Part shown: one piece after another, positions 33,549 through 36,577 of the stretch
How positions within the stretch are numbered: position 1 is the stretch's first letter
Layout: every line of letters begins with the position of its first letter
Assembly (NCBI GenBank): GCA_964420165.1
Contig: CAYQSL010000002.1
Location: 1-36,577 of the forward strand
Source: an uncultured Gammaproteobacteria bacterium
GTDB lineage: Bacteria > Cyanobacteriota > Vampirovibrionia > LMEP-6097
DNA: 36,577 nt
Reading direction: 5' to 3'
The notes under the pieces: generated by a model
The model's input: the letters and a program-made list of their open reading frames with translations, nothing else
Told to the model about the DNA's origin: nothing
The model's database searches: none
Translations under genes and position numbers: made by a program

Positions 33549-35932
33549 AAACAACTTGGTTACAGTCTTTAACAAATAAAGTCATCGCAACTCCTGTTGC
33601 AATAGCACTTGCCGCTGGTGCTATTAGAGGTCAAGAAGCGGGACCAGCTTTTCCCGCAGCTCCACTTTTACCAGCAGTGCACCCAGAATTCCCTGAACCA
33701 CCGCCTTTACCTGAATCAGTTCCGGTAAAACCAAAAGCTTCTAACTTTCCACCCTTCATAGGCAAATACTTGCATCGAACACCTGCTCAAAAACAAAAAG
33801 AATTAGAGAGGGAAGTAAAAGGGTTATTTTTTTATATGCTGAGACCTAAAGCTTATCCTTATGATACTTATAAAGTGTTCAAGAGGAAATTAGCTGAGTT
33901 AAAAAAAATTACTGATCCAAAATTGTATCCACCTCAGTTTGCAAAGGATTATATAAAGAATCAGAGCATATGTGTATCTGAACTAACAAATGAACTAGAA
34001 GCTCTCTCAGAAAATTTTTCTCAGGATTCTGATCTTGATACTTTAATTAGTACTATCAATAGCTTTCGCAATTTATGTCGCAAAGATCTCGAAACAAAGT
34101 ATGTAAATCTTTGTTTCGAACTAGAAGTAGAAAATTACGATGGAATTTTCGGTCCAGCGCTTGAAGGACTGCAAACCAAGATCTCTGAACGCTTGATTAA
34201 AGAGCTGAATCAACTTAAGGAATCTAAAAACATTGACCCTAGCTATCTAGGTAAAGTACAGAAGATTACCACAAGCCTTGCCAATCTCTATAGCCTTAAC
34301 GACGAACATCCAACACCTAAATTATTTTCTATTTTATATCCATATGTAACAGTTAACTATCCAAGAGAAGAATATCGTGATTTAAATAGATTCCCACTTG
34401 TAGAGGAGGATTTTAAAGAAGAAATATTACCTAAAATATCAGAACCAAAGCCTGTCTTAGATGGCAATCAAACCAGAATCAAAGAATTTACCAATTACAA
34501 CAGTTCAATTTTAAAACTGAATAATGTTCTGAATCATAGTAATGCATCTGATACAAGAGAGAAATTTTTATGCAGCGTTGATTCTCAATTAACAAACTTT
34601 TTTATTCAAGCAGTAGTTGATCCTAATCAAGAAACTAGGCAAAAATCCTTGCTCAATCTCAAGGAACAACTTCTATCTTTTATACCTAGTCTTACTGAAA
34701 AAGATAACTATAAACATTTTATGTTTTTAAAAGGAGAGCTCGATCGTAGTTTCAATTCTGATGCAGATTATGAAGATATTTATTACAGACTAATACAAAC
34801 TTCTTATATAGTAGATTCTCAACTTGAATCATTTAATGCAACTCATATAAATTTGAATCTCGAATTATTGAATAAAGCTCAACAAGATCTAGCTAAAGTC
34901 ATTGACGGAACTGCTAGTCCAGCAACTGAAGCGCATTTAAAAGAATTCCTTTCTGACTATTTAGTTGAAGCAACAGCGTGGGATTGCGAATTTGAAAACA
35001 CTGTACAGAGCTTCACCGCAAATTTAAATTCAGAAAAATACCCACAATCCCCCAAACAAAATTTTTGGAACAATCAGTCTGTGATTTTTCAAGATTTAAT
35101 CAGGACAGTATTAACACCTGACTTCTCACATATAGGCTTAGCTAAACATCCAAATCCCTTTATTGCAGATGCTTTCAATATCAATAAAATGATTCAAGGT
35201 CGGAAACATACTATCGAAGATCTAATTGAAGTTAATAGAAGATATTTAAAAGCAATGAATCTTTTTGAATCAGCCTTTCTGCTGGCACAATCAAAAATTA
35301 ATAATCCTAATCTCATCGATAGACTTGCTAATCTTTATTATGGAATCGAAAAAGAAATTGCTCAAAAATTTTCTCGACCGTATCCCTTTTCTGAGTTTCC
35401 AGCAATGATTGATGAATTGACTCTAGGTGCAGTTTACGGTCATTACTTGGAATCTCAATTTCAAAGCCCGCCTAGCCTTAAAGCATCTTTATACGCTACA
35501 GGGGAAAGTTGTGTAATTCCCTCAAAAATAATTAAAGACCGTGCTTCAAAACTTGGATTTACAAATTCAACTGATATAGAAAAAAATTTCCCAGATAGAA
35601 CAAGAATCCAATCTCGCTTAAATTTTAAGTTTCTCGGAGAAGAGCCCTCTAGCTCAAATGGCTTTCTAAATAGAGATGACCAAGCTTTTATTATTGGGGC
35701 ACTTATCGCAATACCTTGTCATAACGCGAATAGCCTTAATTTAAATAACCGGCTTGGACCACGTTTTGATAAAATAATTTCCAGTCGCTTTTCAGATAAT
35801 AAGCATTTGATCACAAAGGAAATAAAGCAACACTTCATCAAGGTAGCTATTGATTTAATAGAAGCAGAAAATCCAGGCATGATTACACCAGAACCTGAAG
35901 AAGCTAAAATTACCAAAAATTCTAATAGTTGA
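33545..35932 (+). CDS. Large secreted protein of unknown function, paralog B (795 aa)
   Basis: ATGA start/stop overlap with paralog A. Signal-like N-terminus ending AAGAIRG/Q, then a proline-rich segment with PEPPPLPES. Shared blocks include ...SICVSELTNEL... / ...QCISVTDFKSEL... and ...DQAFIIGA... / ...DQAFILGA.... Confidence 0.75.
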   Translation: MKTTWLQSLTNKVIATPVAIALAAGAIRGQEAGPAFPAAPLLPAVHPEFPEPPPLPESVPVKPKASNFPPFIGKYLHRTPAQKQKELEREVKGLFFYMLRPKAYPYDTYKVFKRKLAELKKITDPKLYPPQFAKDYIKNQSICVSELTNELEALSENFSQDSDLDTLISTINSFRNLCRKDLETKYVNLCFELEVENYDGIFGPALEGLQTKISERLIKELNQLKESKNIDPSYLGKVQKITTSLANLYSLNDEHPTPKLFSILYPYVTVNYPREEYRDLNRFPLVEEDFKEEILPKISEPKPVLDGNQTRIKEFTNYNSSILKLNNVLNHSNASDTREKFLCSVDSQLTNFFIQAVVDPNQETRQKSLLNLKEQLLSFIPSLTEKDNYKHFMFLKGELDRSFNSDADYEDIYYRLIQTSYIVDSQLESFNATHINLNLELLNKAQQDLAKVIDGTASPATEAHLKEFLSDYLVEATAWDCEFENTVQSFTANLNSEKYPQSPKQNFWNNQSVIFQDLIRTVLTPDFSHIGLAKHPNPFIADAFNINKMIQGRKHTIEDLIEVNRRYLKAMNLFESAFLLAQSKINNPNLIDRLANLYYGIEKEIAQKFSRPYPFSEFPAMIDELTLGAVYGHYLESQFQSPPSLKASLYATGESCVIPSKIIKDRASKLGFTNSTDIEKNFPDRTRIQSRLNFKFLGEEPSSSNGFLNRDDQAFIIGALIAIPCHNANSLNLNNRLGPRFDKIISSRFSDNKHLITKEIKQHFIKVAIDLIEAENPGMITPEPEEAKITKNSNS

Positions 35933-35969
35933 GCATTTTTTTAAGCTAAAAAACTACTATAATCTTCCC

Positions 35970-36000
35970 TTGGTGCATAAACAGGCGCGCCAATTTTTTT
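35970..36000 (+). terminator. Candidate rho-independent terminator after the paralog pair
   Basis: Stem ttggtgc (35970-35976) / gcgccaa (35987-35993) with one G-U pair, followed by a T7 run (35994-36000). Confidence 0.55.
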
Positions 36001-36029
36001 ACTTAAACACAATTAGCAAAAGGATATAA

Positions 36030-36530
36030 ATGTCAGACAAAAGAAATGTAATAGTTAGGATCGCAGGTGCAGCCGGAGATGGTATTGCTTCTACAGGTGA
36101 ATTCTTAGGTAAAACTTGTTCTCGTATGGGACTTCACGTACTTGCATACAACTCATTCCAATCAGCAATTCGTGGTGGACATGTTTGGTTACAAATGGCA
36201 ATCGGTCCGGACAAACAACTTTGTCATGGCGAGCAACCTGAAATTGCACTTCTATTTAATAAGACTAGCCCAGCAGTTCACGTTCCAGATATGAAAGCTG
36301 GCGGAATTGTTTTCTACAACGCAGGCACTATCAAAAAAGAAGAAATCGAATCTCTAAGAACTGATGTTCATTTCTATGGTTTGGATTTCAAAAAAATGAC
36401 TGACGATGCAGGTCTTACTGCAGTTAGCCCAGTAATGCTTAACGTTATGCTTGCAGGCGCTCTAGTACAGGCTCTTTGCTTAGATGGTGCTGTTACTCGT
36501 GAGTTCATTCAACACAAATTCCAGAAGTAA
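36030..36530 (+). CDS. 2-oxoacid:ferredoxin oxidoreductase gamma subunit/domain (Por/Kor family), apparently ended by a premature in-frame TAA
   Basis: VRIAGAAGDGIASTGEFLGK...YNSFQSAIRGGHVW is typical of the POR gamma domain. Family-like sequence GDQVVELNQAIFNLG continues in frame after the TAA at 36528-36530. Confidence 0.75.
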   Translation: MSDKRNVIVRIAGAAGDGIASTGEFLGKTCSRMGLHVLAYNSFQSAIRGGHVWLQMAIGPDKQLCHGEQPEIALLFNKTSPAVHVPDMKAGGIVFYNAGTIKKEEIESLRTDVHFYGLDFKKMTDDAGLTAVSPVMLNVMLAGALVQALCLDGAVTREFIQHKFQK

Positions 36531-36577
36531 GGTGATCAAGTTGTTGAATTGAACCAAGCAATTTTTAATTTAGGTTT

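Noticed and set aside
36528-36530. Genome-wide reassignment of TAA as a sense codon
   Set aside because: Many well-supported genes in the window terminate at TAA at the expected family length. Examples are metF, the oxidoreductase's neighbours, and several kinases. No other family-recognisable ORF shows an internal TAA, so the event is local.

Overview
This is an AT-rich (judged by eye, not computed) chromosomal segment from a flagellated, chemotactic, probably diderm bacterium. I cannot assign a taxon from the sequence alone.

Layout:
- (i) 0-7 kb holds housekeeping genes: a MetF-like MTHFR preceded by a GC-rich structured leader, an orphan Opp/Dpp-type ABC ATPase, murQ, and pterin-4a-carbinolamine dehydratase. 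A 959-aa ORFan and a methyltransferase-fold ORF interrupt them.
- (ii) 7-19 kb holds signalling and envelope genes. There is a sensor kinase split at an A7 tract, and a minus-strand cluster of an outer-membrane barrel plus four secreted or anchored proteins of unknown function, bracketed by a ~300-nt direct duplication. These are followed by a PF04392-like binding protein with a Cache-type kinase, tRNA-Arg(TCT) with a partial 3'-end duplicate, an A-type Fe-S carrier, and an RR-RR-4xPAS kinase operon.
- (iii) 19-30 kb is a chemotaxis locus. cheA-cheB-cheR lie on the minus strand. A CheC/CheX-like gene, cheY, a PAS-MCP and a FliY/FliN-like gene lie on the plus strand. A second PAS-MCP sits upstream and a YgfZ-TPR fusion downstream.
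- (iv) 31-36 kb holds two translationally coupled paralogous ~790-aa secreted proteins of unknown function, then the start of a 2-oxoacid:ferredoxin oxidoreductase gene.

I recognised no transposase, integrase, CRISPR array, rRNA or known defence gene.

Most interesting observations:
- CheA has no recognisable P2 domain. In its place are two selectively maintained copies of a peptide resembling the CheY-docking peptides of FliM-N and CheZ-C. It also carries three CheW-like domains.
- One MCP paralog has a 3-residue deletion in its hairpin tip.
- The secreted-protein cluster is bracketed by a duplication.
- The tandem secreted paralogs each carry a PPPLP segment.

All functional calls come from motif recognition by eye. 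No database search was run.
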